Translations under genes and position numbers: made by a program
Notes under the pieces: generated by a model
Told to the model about the DNA's origin: nothing
Database searches by the model: none
The model's input: the letters and a program-made list of their open reading frames with translations, nothing else
Shown: positions 26,590 to 36,039 of the stretch, piece by piece
Position numbering within the stretch: the first letter of the stretch is position 1
Layout of the letters: each line of letters begins with the position of its first letter
Source of the DNA: Candidatus Limnocylindria bacterium
GTDB taxonomy: Bacteria > Chloroflexota > Limnocylindria > P2-11E
DNA length: 51,861 nucleotides
NCBI GenBank assembly: GCA_036518215.1
Contig: DATDNP010000083.1
Coordinates: 1-51,861 of the forward strand
Direction: 5' to 3'

Positions 26590-28179
26590 TCAGTCGCGCG
26601 GGATGCTCACCACGAAGCGCGTTCCGCCGTCCGACGGCGCCTCGGCGTAGATCGTTCCGCCATGCCGCTCGACGATCTGCCGTGTGATGTAGAGGCCGAG
26701 GCCCATGCCCGAGCGATCTGGGTGCGCCTGATAGAAGCGGTCGAAGAGGCGGTTGCGGTGCTCGGGCGGCACACCGAGGCCGCGGTCGCGCACGGTGATC
26801 ACCACGTTTGCCCCCGACGGCTTCACGCGGACGTCGATGCGGCCGCCCTCCGGGGTGTACTTGATCGCGTTGTCGAGGAGGTTCGTGACGACCTGCTCGA
26901 TGCGCAGCTCGTCGATGTTCGCCATGAGCTCGTCGGGCGCGTCGACGACGATCTCGTGTCTCTCAGTGAGGACACGTGCGTCGTTCGCGACCGCCTGCAC
27001 GAGACGAACAAGGTCGACCTGCGCGCGGTCGATCTGGAGCTTCCCCGATTCGATCCGTACGGTATCGAGCAGCTGCACGACGAGCCGAGCGAGCTTCGTG
27101 ATCTGACGGTCGATGATCTCGAGCGACCGCTGCTGCGTCGGCGTGAGCGGCGTCGCTCTGAAGCTGCGCGTCACGAGCTGCGCCGCGGCCTTCGCGCTCG
27201 TCATCGGTGTCTTCAGCTCGTGCGCCGCGATCGAGATGAACTCATCGCGGAGGCGAAGAGCCTGCTCCGCCGCGTTTGCTTCGCTGCGCGCCTGGCGCGC
27301 CTCTTCGTACAGGCGCGCGTGCTCGACGGCGAGCGCGACGCGATCGGCGACGATCTCGAGGAACTGCACGTCACGCGGCTGGAACCTGCGCAGCGCGAGC
27401 GACCCGACGTGCAGCACGCCGATGACGCGTCCCCGCGCGATGAGGGGTACGCCGACGAGCGAGCGGATGCCTTTCTCGCGAAGGAGCGGGTTCAGGACGG
27501 TGGAGTGCTCGACGTCCTCGAGCACGACCGGCCTCGCCTCGGACGCGATCCGGCCCGCGAAGCCGTGCCCGATCGGAATGCGGACGCCGCGCTCGACCTC
27601 CTCCTCGATGCCTCGCGCGGCACGCGCGACCAGCACGTTCTCCTTTTCCTCCAGGAGGAGGACGGCGACGGTGTCGGCGCTGAGCGCGCTCGCGATCCGC
27701 TCGAGGAGCGCGCTGAGCAGGCCCTCGAGGTCGAGGTGCGCGAGGGCCTCCGTCGTGACCGCTTCGAGCGAGGCGCGTTCGTCGTCCGCCCGCTTGCGCT
27801 CGGTCAGGTCGCGCGTGACCTTCGCGTATCCGACGAGCTCGCCGGCCTCGTCACGTAACGCCGTGATGACGACGTTCGCCCAGAACTGCGTCCCGTCCTT
27901 GCGGACGCGCCAGTCGTAGTCCTCGTAGCGACCCTCCGAGGACGCGACGGAGAGGGCATGGCCGGGCTTGTCCCGCGCGCGATCGCGCTCGGGATAGAAG
28001 ACGGAGAAGTGCTGTCCGATGATCTCGTCCGCGCGGTAGCCCTTGATGCGCTCGGCGCCGGCGTTCCAGGACCGAACGTAACCGTCGGGATCGAGCAGGA
28101 AGATCGCATAGTCCTTGACGCTCTCGACCAGCAGGCGAAAGAGCTCGTCCGACTGAACGGCCGCGGATGCCTCGCGCAT
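26590..28179 (-). CDS. Cytoplasmic PAS-GAF sensor histidine kinase
   Basis: PAS (YAIFLLDPDG..SWNAGAERIKGY...WRVRKDGTQFW), GAF, H-box AHELKTP, N-box NLLDNAIKY and G-boxes DRGLG/GMGLGL. Confidence 0.95.
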   Translation of the reverse strand: MREASAAVQSDELFRLLVESVKDYAIFLLDPDGYVRSWNAGAERIKGYRADEIIGQHFSVFYPERDRARDKPGHALSVASSEGRYEDYDWRVRKDGTQFWANVVITALRDEAGELVGYAKVTRDLTERKRADDERASLEAVTTEALAHLDLEGLLSALLERIASALSADTVAVLLLEEKENVLVARAARGIEEEVERGVRIPIGHGFAGRIASEARPVVLEDVEHSTVLNPLLREKGIRSLVGVPLIARGRVIGVLHVGSLALRRFQPRDVQFLEIVADRVALAVEHARLYEEARQARSEANAAEQALRLRDEFISIAAHELKTPMTSAKAAAQLVTRSFRATPLTPTQQRSLEIIDRQITKLARLVVQLLDTVRIESGKLQIDRAQVDLVRLVQAVANDARVLTERHEIVVDAPDELMANIDELRIEQVVTNLLDNAIKYTPEGGRIDVRVKPSGANVVITVRDRGLGVPPEHRNRLFDRFYQAHPDRSGMGLGLYITRQIVERHGGTIYAEAPSDGGTRFVVSIPRD

Positions 28180-28252
28180 CTTTGGCGAGCCTACCGGAAC
28201 GTCTCGGCGGTCCGACCGCTTTGCTCGCGCGTTTGCTGTGCGGCGCGGCGTG

Positions 28253-29659
28253 CTAGCTCTTGCTGTCGGCTTCCATCGCCTTCGCGATGGACGAGAGGAA
28301 CTCCTTATTCGTCTTCGTCTTGCCGAGACGCTGGAGCAGCAGCTCCGTGCCTTCGATCTGGCCGACGGCCGAGAGCATCTTCCGGAGCAGGATCACCTGC
28401 CGCATGACCTCGGGCGACAGGAGCATCTCCTCGCGGCGAGTGCCCGACGCCGGGATGTTGATCGCCGGGAACGTGCGGCGCTCCTGCAGCTTGCGGTCGA
28501 GGATCATCTCGGAGTTACCGGTGCCCTTGAACTCCTCGTAGATGACGTCGTCCATACGGCTCCCGGTGTCGACGAGGCACGTGGCGAAGATCGACAGCGA
28601 TCCGCCGCCCTCGATGTTCCGCGCGGCGCCGAAGAAGCGCTTCGGCGGGTAGAGCGCGACGGGGTCCATACCACCCGACAGCGTGCGGCCGGACGGCGGG
28701 ACGGCGAGGTTGTACGCACGCGCCAGGCGCGTGATCGAGTCGAGGAGGATGACGACGTCGCGGCCGCCCTCCACGAGCCGCTTCGCGCGCTCGAGCGCGA
28801 GCTCGGCGACGCGGGTGTGGTTCTCGGTGGGCTCATCGAACGTCGACGAGAACACCTCGCCCTTGATGGAGCGACGGATGTCCGTCACTTCCTCGGGACG
28901 CTCGCCGACGAGCACGACCATGATGTGGACGTCGGGGTGGTTGCCGGCGATGCCGTTGGCGATGTCTTTGAGGAGCGTCGTCTTGCCGGCCTTCGGCGGC
29001 GACACGATGAGCGCGCGCTGCCCGAGGCCGAGCGGGTTCACGAGGTTGATGAGGCGCTGCGAGAGGTTCGCGCCGCCGATCTCGAGGTCGAACATCTCGT
29101 CAGGGAAGACCGGTGTGAGGTCCTCGAAGTGCGGACGGCGCTTCGCGACCTCCGGGTCCATCCCGTTCACGGCCTCGACGCGGAGGAGGCTGAAGTACTT
29201 CTCGTTGTCCTTCGGCGGGCGCGTCTGGCCCGTGATGAAGTCGCCGGTGCGCAGGCCGAGGCGGCGCACCTGGCTCGAGCCGACGTAGACGTCGTCGGGC
29301 GAGGGAAGCAGGCTGCGGCGGCGCAGGAAGCCGAAGCCGTCCTCGACGATCTCGAGGATGCCCTGGGCGAATATGTTGCCCTGGGCCTCGGTCTGCGCCT
29401 GCAGGACGCGCGTGATGACGTCCTGCTTGTTCATGTCGGCGGTGATGTCCGTCACCGAGAACTCCTTCGCGATGGCGAGGAGGTCCTTCGGCTTCGCTTC
29501 GTTCAGCTCGGTGATCGTGTAGTACTTGCGGCTCGGTTGCGCCGGCTGCGGCTCACGCGGCTCGCGCGCGTCGCGGCGCGGAGCGGGAGCGACCTCGGTC
29601 GCGGTGGCTGCTGGTGCGGATTCGGGTGCGCTGTTCGGTGTGGGCTCTTTTGCGTCCAA
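28253..29659 (-). CDS. rho: Transcription termination factor Rho
   Basis: [67 protein letters not shown] and [14 protein letters not shown] precedes TTG 29659. Confidence 0.98.
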   Translation of the reverse strand: MDAKEPTPNSAPESAPAATATEVAPAPRRDAREPREPQPAQPSRKYYTITELNEAKPKDLLAIAKEFSVTDITADMNKQDVITRVLQAQTEAQGNIFAQGILEIVEDGFGFLRRRSLLPSPDDVYVGSSQVRRLGLRTGDFITGQTRPPKDNEKYFSLLRVEAVNGMDPEVAKRRPHFEDLTPVFPDEMFDLEIGGANLSQRLINLVNPLGLGQRALIVSPPKAGKTTLLKDIANGIAGNHPDVHIMVVLVGERPEEVTDIRRSIKGEVFSSTFDEPTENHTRVAELALERAKRLVEGGRDVVILLDSITRLARAYNLAVPPSGRTLSGGMDPVALYPPKRFFGAARNIEGGGSLSIFATCLVDTGSRMDDVIYEEFKGTGNSEMILDRKLQERRTFPAINIPASGTRREEMLLSPEVMRQVILLRKMLSAVGQIEGTELLLQRLGKTKTNKEFLSSIAKAMEADSKS

Positions 29660-29785
29660 GCGGTGTGTGCTCCTTGGGAATGATGTGCGTAGCCGGTCGT
29701 ATGACCATGAACCGGGGGGCGCCGGGTGCGCTCGCGCCCGGAAGAGGAAGATGGGGAAAGTCGCTACGGGGCAGTATACCCCTTC

Positions 29786-30910
29786 GTGGGCATCCCGGAC
29801 GCGCTGCGGCAAGAGCTGCTCGCGCTCTCACGCGAGATCCATGCCGATCCTGAGCTCGCGTACAAAGAGGAGCGCGCGGCCGCGCGCATCGCCGCGCTCA
29901 TAGAGCGTCACGGCATCGCCGTCGAGCGCGGTATCGGTGGCCTCGCGACGGCGTTCCGCGCGCGCGTCGGGCCGGCGGGGAAGAGCGTGGCGCTTCTTGC
30001 TGAGTACGACGCGCTCGCAGGCGTCGGCCACGGCTGCGGCCACAACCTCATCGCGATGACGAACGTCGGCGCGTTCCTGCTCGCTGCGACCGATCCGACA
30101 CAGCTCTCCGCTCCTCTCGAGCTCATCGGCACGCCCGCAGAAGAGGACGGCGGCGGGAAGATCGACCTGCTCACCGCCGGCGTGTTCGACGACGTCGCGG
30201 TCGCCCTCTCCACACATCCGGCGGCGCAGGCGGTCTGGGTCGTGAGCGGGACGGGGCTCGGGATCGTGGGCAAGCGTGTCATCTACCGCGGGCAGGCGTC
30301 GCATGCCGGGTCGTCGCCGGAGAAGGGGCGCAACGCGCTCAACGGTCTCATCCGCCTCTTCACGGGCATCGACGGGTGGCGTCAGCAGCTGCCGTCGGAG
30401 TCGCGCGTCCACGGCATCATCGACTTCGGCGGTGACGCCGTGAACGTCGTGCCCGCGCGGGCCGAGGGCCGCTTCGGGATCCGCGCGAAGGACCGCGCGA
30501 CGCTCGACGACATGGTGACGTGGTTCACCGACATCGCGCAGGGCGCGGCGCTCGAGACGGGCACGACGGTCGAGATCACCGACTACCTCCCGCTCTACCT
30601 GCCGGTCGCGGCGAACACGAAGATCGGCGACGTCATCGCGGCCGAGCTTCGCGCGCGCGGCGTCGAGCCGGAGCGCGGATCGCTCGTCACCGCGTCGACG
30701 GACCTCGGGAACGTGTCGCAGAAGGTGCCGACGGATTGGATCCGCTTCCCTGTGACCGAGCACGCGATACCGGGTCACTCCGACGAGATGCGCGAGGCGT
30801 GCGTGAGCGATCTCGCGCACGACAACGCCTTCATCGTTGTCGAGACGCTCGGTTGGGCCGCGCGGAAGCTCGCGACGGACGGCGTGCTGCGGGCGAAGGT
30901 CAGCTCATGA
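29786..30910 (+). CDS. M20 amidohydrolase (ACY1L2/AbgB-like), paralog 1
   Basis: EIHADPEL, LAEYDAL, GHGCGHNLIA, GTPAEEDGGGK, GRNAL and STDLGNVS. Start is uncertain. Confidence 0.9.
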   Translation: MGIPDALRQELLALSREIHADPELAYKEERAAARIAALIERHGIAVERGIGGLATAFRARVGPAGKSVALLAEYDALAGVGHGCGHNLIAMTNVGAFLLAATDPTQLSAPLELIGTPAEEDGGGKIDLLTAGVFDDVAVALSTHPAAQAVWVVSGTGLGIVGKRVIYRGQASHAGSSPEKGRNALNGLIRLFTGIDGWRQQLPSESRVHGIIDFGGDAVNVVPARAEGRFGIRAKDRATLDDMVTWFTDIAQGAALETGTTVEITDYLPLYLPVAANTKIGDVIAAELRARGVEPERGSLVTASTDLGNVSQKVPTDWIRFPVTEHAIPGHSDEMREACVSDLAHDNAFIVVETLGWAARKLATDGVLRAKVSS

Positions 30911-32022
30911 GCAGCAGCCTGCGCGACGATCTCATCGTCCTGTCGCTCGCGATCCACGGATCGCCGGAGCTCGCGTACCACGAGCGGCAGGCCGTCGCGA
31001 ACATCGCGGCGCTCCTCCACCGCCATGGGCACGATGTGGAACAGCACGTCGGTGGGGTCGAGACCGCGTTCCGCGCCCACGTCGGCCCGGCGGGCCCGTC
31101 GATCGCGCTGCTCGCCGAGTACGACGCGCTTCCGGAGATCGGCCACGCGTGCGGGCACAACCTCATCGCCATGTCGAACGTCGGCGCGTTCCTGCTCGCC
31201 GCGCAGCGGGAGCGGGACCTGCAGGTCGGCATCGAGCTCATCGGGACGCCGGCCGAGGAGTCCGGAGGCGGCAAGATCGACCTCATCGACGCGGGCGTGT
31301 TCAAGGATTCGGTCGCGGTGCTGTCGTCGCACCCGGGCCCGAACGAATGGGAGTTCGGCGGGGCGAGCCTCGGCATCGTCGGGAAGGTCGTCCGCTTCCA
31401 CGGCGTCGCGTCACATGCCGCCTACTCGCCGCACGCCGGACGGAATGCCCTCAACGCCGCGATCCGGCTGTTCCTCGCTGTGGACGGCTGGCGCCAGCAC
31501 CTTCCCGCTGACACGCGCGTGCACGGGATCATCACCAAGGGCGGCGCCGCGTCGAACATCATCCCCGACCTCGCCGAGTGCGAGTGGGGCCTTCGCGCGG
31601 CGAAGCTCGACGTCCTTCATGACATGGTCGACACGTTCCGGCGCATGTGCGACGGCGCCGCGATGCAGACCGGCACGACGGTCGAGCTCGACGAGAAGAT
31701 GCGCCTATACGAACCGGTCGAGCCGAATCCGAAGATCGGCGATCTCCTCGCCGCTGAGCTGGCCTCGCGCAAGATCGCGCCCATCCGCGGCAAGCTGACG
31801 CTCGCGTCGACGGACTTCGGGAACATCTCGCATGTCGCGCCCGCCGACTACATCGGATTCCCGGTGTCCCCGACGTGGATACCCGGCCACTCGCACCAGA
31901 TGCGCGACGCATCGGCGACGGATCTCGCCCACAAGAACGCCATGATCACCGCCGAGATCCTTGCGAACGTCGCGGTGAAGATCGCGACCGATCGCGCGAC
32001 GCGCGACAGCCTGCGCGCCTAA
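30907..32022 (+). CDS. M20 amidohydrolase (ACY1L2/AbgB-like), paralog 2
   Basis: ATGA overlap. LAEYDAL, GHACGHNLIA, GTPAEESGGGK, GRNAL and STDFGNIS. Confidence 0.9.
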   Translation: MSSSLRDDLIVLSLAIHGSPELAYHERQAVANIAALLHRHGHDVEQHVGGVETAFRAHVGPAGPSIALLAEYDALPEIGHACGHNLIAMSNVGAFLLAAQRERDLQVGIELIGTPAEESGGGKIDLIDAGVFKDSVAVLSSHPGPNEWEFGGASLGIVGKVVRFHGVASHAAYSPHAGRNALNAAIRLFLAVDGWRQHLPADTRVHGIITKGGAASNIIPDLAECEWGLRAAKLDVLHDMVDTFRRMCDGAAMQTGTTVELDEKMRLYEPVEPNPKIGDLLAAELASRKIAPIRGKLTLASTDFGNISHVAPADYIGFPVSPTWIPGHSHQMRDASATDLAHKNAMITAEILANVAVKIATDRATRDSLRA

Positions 32023-33491
32023 TCCCCGACGATCGTCACCACTCCGGCGCCGCCGTCCACCGTCACGCGCGCGCCGTCGGGGATGCGGCTCGTCCCGTCG
32101 CCCGTGCCGACGACGGCCGGGAGCCCGTACTCGCGCGCGACGATCGACGCGTGCGCCGCGATGCTCCCCACATCGGTCACGATCGCGATCGCTCGCCCGA
32201 ACAGCACGGTCCACGCGGGTGTGGTCATCGGGCAGACGAGCACGTCGCCGTGTTCGAGTCGGTCGAACTCGTCGGGTCCGCGGACGATGCGTGCGCGTCC
32301 GCTCGCGCGTCCCACGCTCGCCGGTATGCCGCGCAGCGTCCCGCCCCCGGACTCGTCGCGGAGCGCGCGATCCGCGGCGTCCATCACCGATGCGAGGACG
32401 CGGGGAAGGCGACCCAGTACGAGCGGCGCCTTCAGTGCCCGCTGCGCCTGCCACAACGCTCGACGGTCCGCCGCGAGCCCGGCGAGTGACGTCCCGGCGC
32501 CGGCGAGCGCGTCCATCAGCTCCGTCCGTGTGATGAAGTACACGTCGTCGGGCGCGGCGAGGACGTCGCGTGCGACGAGATGCGCCCCGACACGCGCGAG
32601 CGCACGACGGAAGACCGGCCACGCGCGTGTCAGCTCCGCGACCTGCTCCTCGCGTAGCGCGGCGCCCCGCCGCGCCTCGGTGAGCTGTCGTTCGAAAGCG
32701 CGCAGGAGCTTCGGCGTGAGCGCGGCGCGCGCTGCGCGTTCGAGCTCGTCGCGCTCGCGCACGACGCGTGCGCGGTCCGGCGTCGCAGGTGAACGTCCTT
32801 CGAGCTCGGAGAGCGTGGGGAAGTACCAATCCAGTGATGTTGCCGCGTGCACGTCGATCGACGGTGCGGTGATGCCGCGGAGGAGCGTCTGTGGATTACC
32901 GCCGATGCGCGCGGACAGATGTTTGCGGTAGAAACGCGCGAACGGGATCTCGCTCTTGTAGCCGTATCCCGCGACCATCGTGATCGACATGAAGGCGTCG
33001 CCGGCGTGCACCGCGAGCGTGTCGATGACGTCGGGGACCCGCTCGATCGGTCCGGCCTCGACGATCGCCGACGCGCGCTCGACCTCGGCGATGTAGGCGG
33101 GAAGCAGCTGCGTCCGCCACTCGCCGAGGTAGAGGTCGATGCCGAAGCGCGCGAGTGGCGGGAACACCGGCGCGACGCGCCGCGGCTCACGCGCCATGCG
33201 GGCGAGCGCACCCGGGAGCATGCGCGCGATCGCCGCCGGTGATGCCGGAAGGAATGCGAGCGAGTAGTAGTACCAGCCGTTCAGCACGATGTGGAGCGGC
33301 CGCGGAGGGGGCTGGCCCACGAGCCGGGCGTACCCCGCGTGCATCGTCTCCTCCATCGTCGTGAGCAGCCAGCTCTCGAAGAGCGGCGTCACCGGATCGC
33401 CGATCCACTCTCCGAGGCGCAGGTTGCGCGCGAATGCGCCCGGCGGCGCGTCCCACGTCACGCCGGACGTCGAGGACACGGCGTCCATCAC
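32019..33491 (-). CDS. PEP-utilizing-enzyme mobile (phospho-His) domain protein, rifampin phosphotransferase-like, lacking the ATP-grasp domain
   Basis: C-terminal GIPASVG..GRARIV, GDVLVCPMTTPAWT and TDVGSIAAHASIVAREYGLPAVVG. N-terminal DPVTPL motif. Confidence 0.82.
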   Translation of the reverse strand: MMDAVSSTSGVTWDAPPGAFARNLRLGEWIGDPVTPLFESWLLTTMEETMHAGYARLVGQPPPRPLHIVLNGWYYYSLAFLPASPAAIARMLPGALARMAREPRRVAPVFPPLARFGIDLYLGEWRTQLLPAYIAEVERASAIVEAGPIERVPDVIDTLAVHAGDAFMSITMVAGYGYKSEIPFARFYRKHLSARIGGNPQTLLRGITAPSIDVHAATSLDWYFPTLSELEGRSPATPDRARVVRERDELERAARAALTPKLLRAFERQLTEARRGAALREEQVAELTRAWPVFRRALARVGAHLVARDVLAAPDDVYFITRTELMDALAGAGTSLAGLAADRRALWQAQRALKAPLVLGRLPRVLASVMDAADRALRDESGGGTLRGIPASVGRASGRARIVRGPDEFDRLEHGDVLVCPMTTPAWTVLFGRAIAIVTDVGSIAAHASIVAREYGLPAVVGTGDGTSRIPDGARVTVDGGAGVVTIVGD

Positions 33492-34105
33492 CGCGGTCTG
33501 CGCAGATGCGCGCGGAGCGTCTCGAGCGCCCAGCCCACGTCCTCGGCCGCGTCCTTCGCGTCCATGCCGAGGTAGTCCTTGTATGCGCGCGTCATCGCGG
33601 ACGAGAGCAGGAGCAACGCGACGCGCGTGAACCGATCGAGCTCGGTGTTGGAGAGTCCGGGCACGCGCCGAGCGATCTCCTTTCGGACCATCACGAAGCG
33701 TTCGGGCATCACCCGAAGACGCATCTCGTGGCCGAGCGACGTCGCGAGAGCGGCGCGCGCCTCGGCGTCCACGGCCTCGCTGCGGCGGCTCAGCGCGCGC
33801 GCGAGCTCGCGGAAATCGTCGGTGTCCAGGTCGGGCACCTCCATGAGGCCGGTCCGGGCGAAGAGGTACGGCGCGAGCGCGTCGACGAGCTCCGCCTTGG
33901 TCTTGAAGTGGCGGTACACCGTCGGGACGGACACGCCCGCCTCCTTCGCGACCGCGGGGATCGAGAGATTCGCGACGCCGCGTCCCATGGTCCGCACGAG
34001 GGCGTCGAGGATCTTCTGCCGCGTGTCCGCGGACTGCTCGTCGCGCAGCCGCGTGTCGTACGCGCGGGGTGTGGGGCGGCGCTTGACATTCGTGATACGT
34101 TTCAT
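33488..34105 (-). CDS. TetR/AcrR family regulator
   Basis: TRQKILDALV, LSIPAVAKEAGVSVPTVYRHFKTKAEL. TATAAT lies 6 nt before ATG. Confidence 0.93.
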   Translation of the reverse strand: MKRITNVKRRPTPRAYDTRLRDEQSADTRQKILDALVRTMGRGVANLSIPAVAKEAGVSVPTVYRHFKTKAELVDALAPYLFARTGLMEVPDLDTDDFRELARALSRRSEAVDAEARAALATSLGHEMRLRVMPERFVMVRKEIARRVPGLSNTELDRFTRVALLLLSSAMTRAYKDYLGMDAKDAAEDVGWALETLRAHLRRPR

Positions 34106-34117
34106 ATCGTCATTATA
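34083..34117. promoter_or_regulatory. Overlapping divergent promoters and probable TetR operator
   Basis: Plus strand TTGACA(34083)-N16-TATCGT(34105). Minus strand TATAAT (34112-34117). Imperfect palindrome GATACG-TTT-CATATC at 34094-34108. Confidence 0.7.
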
Positions 34118-34174
34118 CGGACCATATCAAGGCGACCCGGGACGCGCTGATGGTCCGATGAAAAGGAGACCTCC

Positions 34175-34897
34175 ATGTCCGACGCTCGCCGCGTCGCCGG
34201 CATCGCCGGCGTCGTTCTCGCCATCATGATGGCTGTCGCGTTCGTGCTCGACTTCGTGCTCATCGCGACCACCGGCGGCCCGCCGCAGATCTACCCCGAG
34301 ACGATCTCGGTCGACCTCGTTCGTGTTCGCGCGAGCGCGATCTGGCCGCTTGAGACGTGGCTCTACAGCCTCCAGGTGATCCCGTTCACGCTGTTCATCC
34401 TCGGCGTCCGCAACGCGCTGCGCGCCGCGGGCCGCGAGGCCGCTGCCGATACGACCACCCTTGCGGGACTGCTCTTCATCGCCGCCCACACGCTCCACAA
34501 CCTCGCGATCCTCACGGTCGTCCAGTACATCGCGCCCGTCTATGCGCCGGACGCGCCGAACGCAGCCGCGCTCGAGGCGGCGACGCGCGCGCTCATCGGA
34601 CTCGCATCCGCGACGTTCCTCCCCGGTGGCGGCGTCGGCAGCGCGCTCCTCGTCATCTCGCTCGTCGCGTTCGCGATGGGCGCGCGCGGGACCGGCGTGT
34701 TCCCAGCGTGGAGCACGCGCTTCGCATGGGCCGGGGCCGTGCTCCTGGCCGTCGCGTATCTCCAGTACGTCATCGCCCCCGCGTTCTTCATCGCGCTCTT
34801 CGGGTATCTCGCGTTCATCGGTTGGGTCGCCGTGCTCAGTGCCTCGTTCATGCGGAGCGAGCAGCGCCGCGGCGTCTTCGTGCCGCAGCCCGCGTGA
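34175..34897 (+). CDS. Multi-pass membrane protein (DUF4386-like)
   Basis: AGGAG precedes ATG. About 6 hydrophobic helices and C-terminal FPAWSTRFAWAGAV. Confidence 0.75.
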   Translation: MSDARRVAGIAGVVLAIMMAVAFVLDFVLIATTGGPPQIYPETISVDLVRVRASAIWPLETWLYSLQVIPFTLFILGVRNALRAAGREAAADTTTLAGLLFIAAHTLHNLAILTVVQYIAPVYAPDAPNAAALEAATRALIGLASATFLPGGGVGSALLVISLVAFAMGARGTGVFPAWSTRFAWAGAVLLAVAYLQYVIAPAFFIALFGYLAFIGWVAVLSASFMRSEQRRGVFVPQPA

Positions 34898-34920
34898 TCT
34901 CGTGCCGGCCGCGCGCCGCT

Positions 34921-34949
34921 CGATGCGGTGCGCGGCCGGTACCGCATCG
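34921..34949. terminator. Inverted repeat (terminator-like hairpin, no clear U-tract)
   Basis: CGATGCGGT (34921-34929) and ACCGCATCG (34941-34949), just after the membrane protein stop. Confidence 0.45.
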
Positions 34950-34967
34950 GTGCGGCAGTATTGCGTC

Positions 34968-35927
34968 GTGCTCCCGTCGAACGACACCATCCACCCGAAG
35001 CCGCTCACGCACATCGATGCGAAGCGGTGGCTCGATCTCGATGTTCCCGGTCTCGAGGTCGGCGTCGCCGAGTACACCGAGGGTCCGACGGGCTGCACCG
35101 TGTTCCACTTCCCCGAGGTCGCCTCGATGCACATCGATGTGCGCGGCGGCTCGCCGGGCATCAACGGCGAGCATCTGACCGTGACGAATGCCATCTGCTT
35201 CGCCGGCGGCTCGCTCTACGGTCTCGAAGCGTCCACCGGTGTCGCCGCGGAGCTCTTCGCGAAGCGCGGCTACTCGACGAAGTGGATGGACATCGCGCTC
35301 GTCGCCGGCGCCATCATCTTCGACTACGGCGTCCGCGAGAACGCCATCTATCCCGACAAAGAGCTCGGCCGCGCCGCCGTCCGCGCGCTCCGCCACGACC
35401 GCTTTCCGCTGGGCCCGCACGGCGCCGGATCGTCGGCGACCGCGGGGCATGGCAAGACGGCGGAGCTCGCGGGTCAGGGTGGTGCCGCGCGCGCCGTAGG
35501 TCCGACGCATGTGGCGGTCTTCACCGTCGTGAACGCGTACGGCGCGATCGTCGATCGCGGCGGAAACGTCGTCCGCGGCAATCGCGATGCGAAGAGCGGC
35601 GAGCGTCGGCGCGCTGAGCGGATGGTCGAGGAGACCGGCGCGTATGACCCGGTCGCCGGACGCGCTCGCGGCGTGACGCAGAACACGAACCTCACGCTTG
35701 TCGTGACCGATCAGCGGCTCGATCCGCTGCAGCTGCGCTCCGTCGCGCGTCAGACGCATTCATCGATGGCGCGCGCGATCCAACCGTTCAACACGCGATG
35801 GGATGGCGACATCCTCTTCGCCGTCTCGACCCAGCGCGTGGATAATGCCGCGCTCGATGAGGTCAGCCTCGCGGTCGTCGCATCGGAACTGGCGTGGGAT
35901 GCGGTCCTCGCGTGCTTCGATCCATAG
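34968..35927 (+). CDS. P1/S58 (DmpA-like) peptidase
   Basis: GPTGCTV, DVRGGSPG, AICFAGGSLYGL, GAIIFD, GQGGA, VVNAYG and DGDILFAVST. Start is uncertain. Confidence 0.88.
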   Translation: MLPSNDTIHPKPLTHIDAKRWLDLDVPGLEVGVAEYTEGPTGCTVFHFPEVASMHIDVRGGSPGINGEHLTVTNAICFAGGSLYGLEASTGVAAELFAKRGYSTKWMDIALVAGAIIFDYGVRENAIYPDKELGRAAVRALRHDRFPLGPHGAGSSATAGHGKTAELAGQGGAARAVGPTHVAVFTVVNAYGAIVDRGGNVVRGNRDAKSGERRRAERMVEETGAYDPVAGRARGVTQNTNLTLVVTDQRLDPLQLRSVARQTHSSMARAIQPFNTRWDGDILFAVSTQRVDNAALDEVSLAVVASELAWDAVLACFDP

Positions 35928-36039
35928 GCCCGCTCGGCTGCTGCGCGGCGCCGCCGCACACCGGAGGATGACCTTCCGCGCCGCGTAGAGGGACGCAATG
36001 GCCGTCGTCGCCGGGCCATCGGCGAGCGACGATCGTGCC

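Noticed and set aside
28205-28230. Small hairpin GCGGT-CCG-ACCGC downstream of rho as a terminator
   Set aside because: It has only a 5-6 bp stem and no U-tract, too weak to call.
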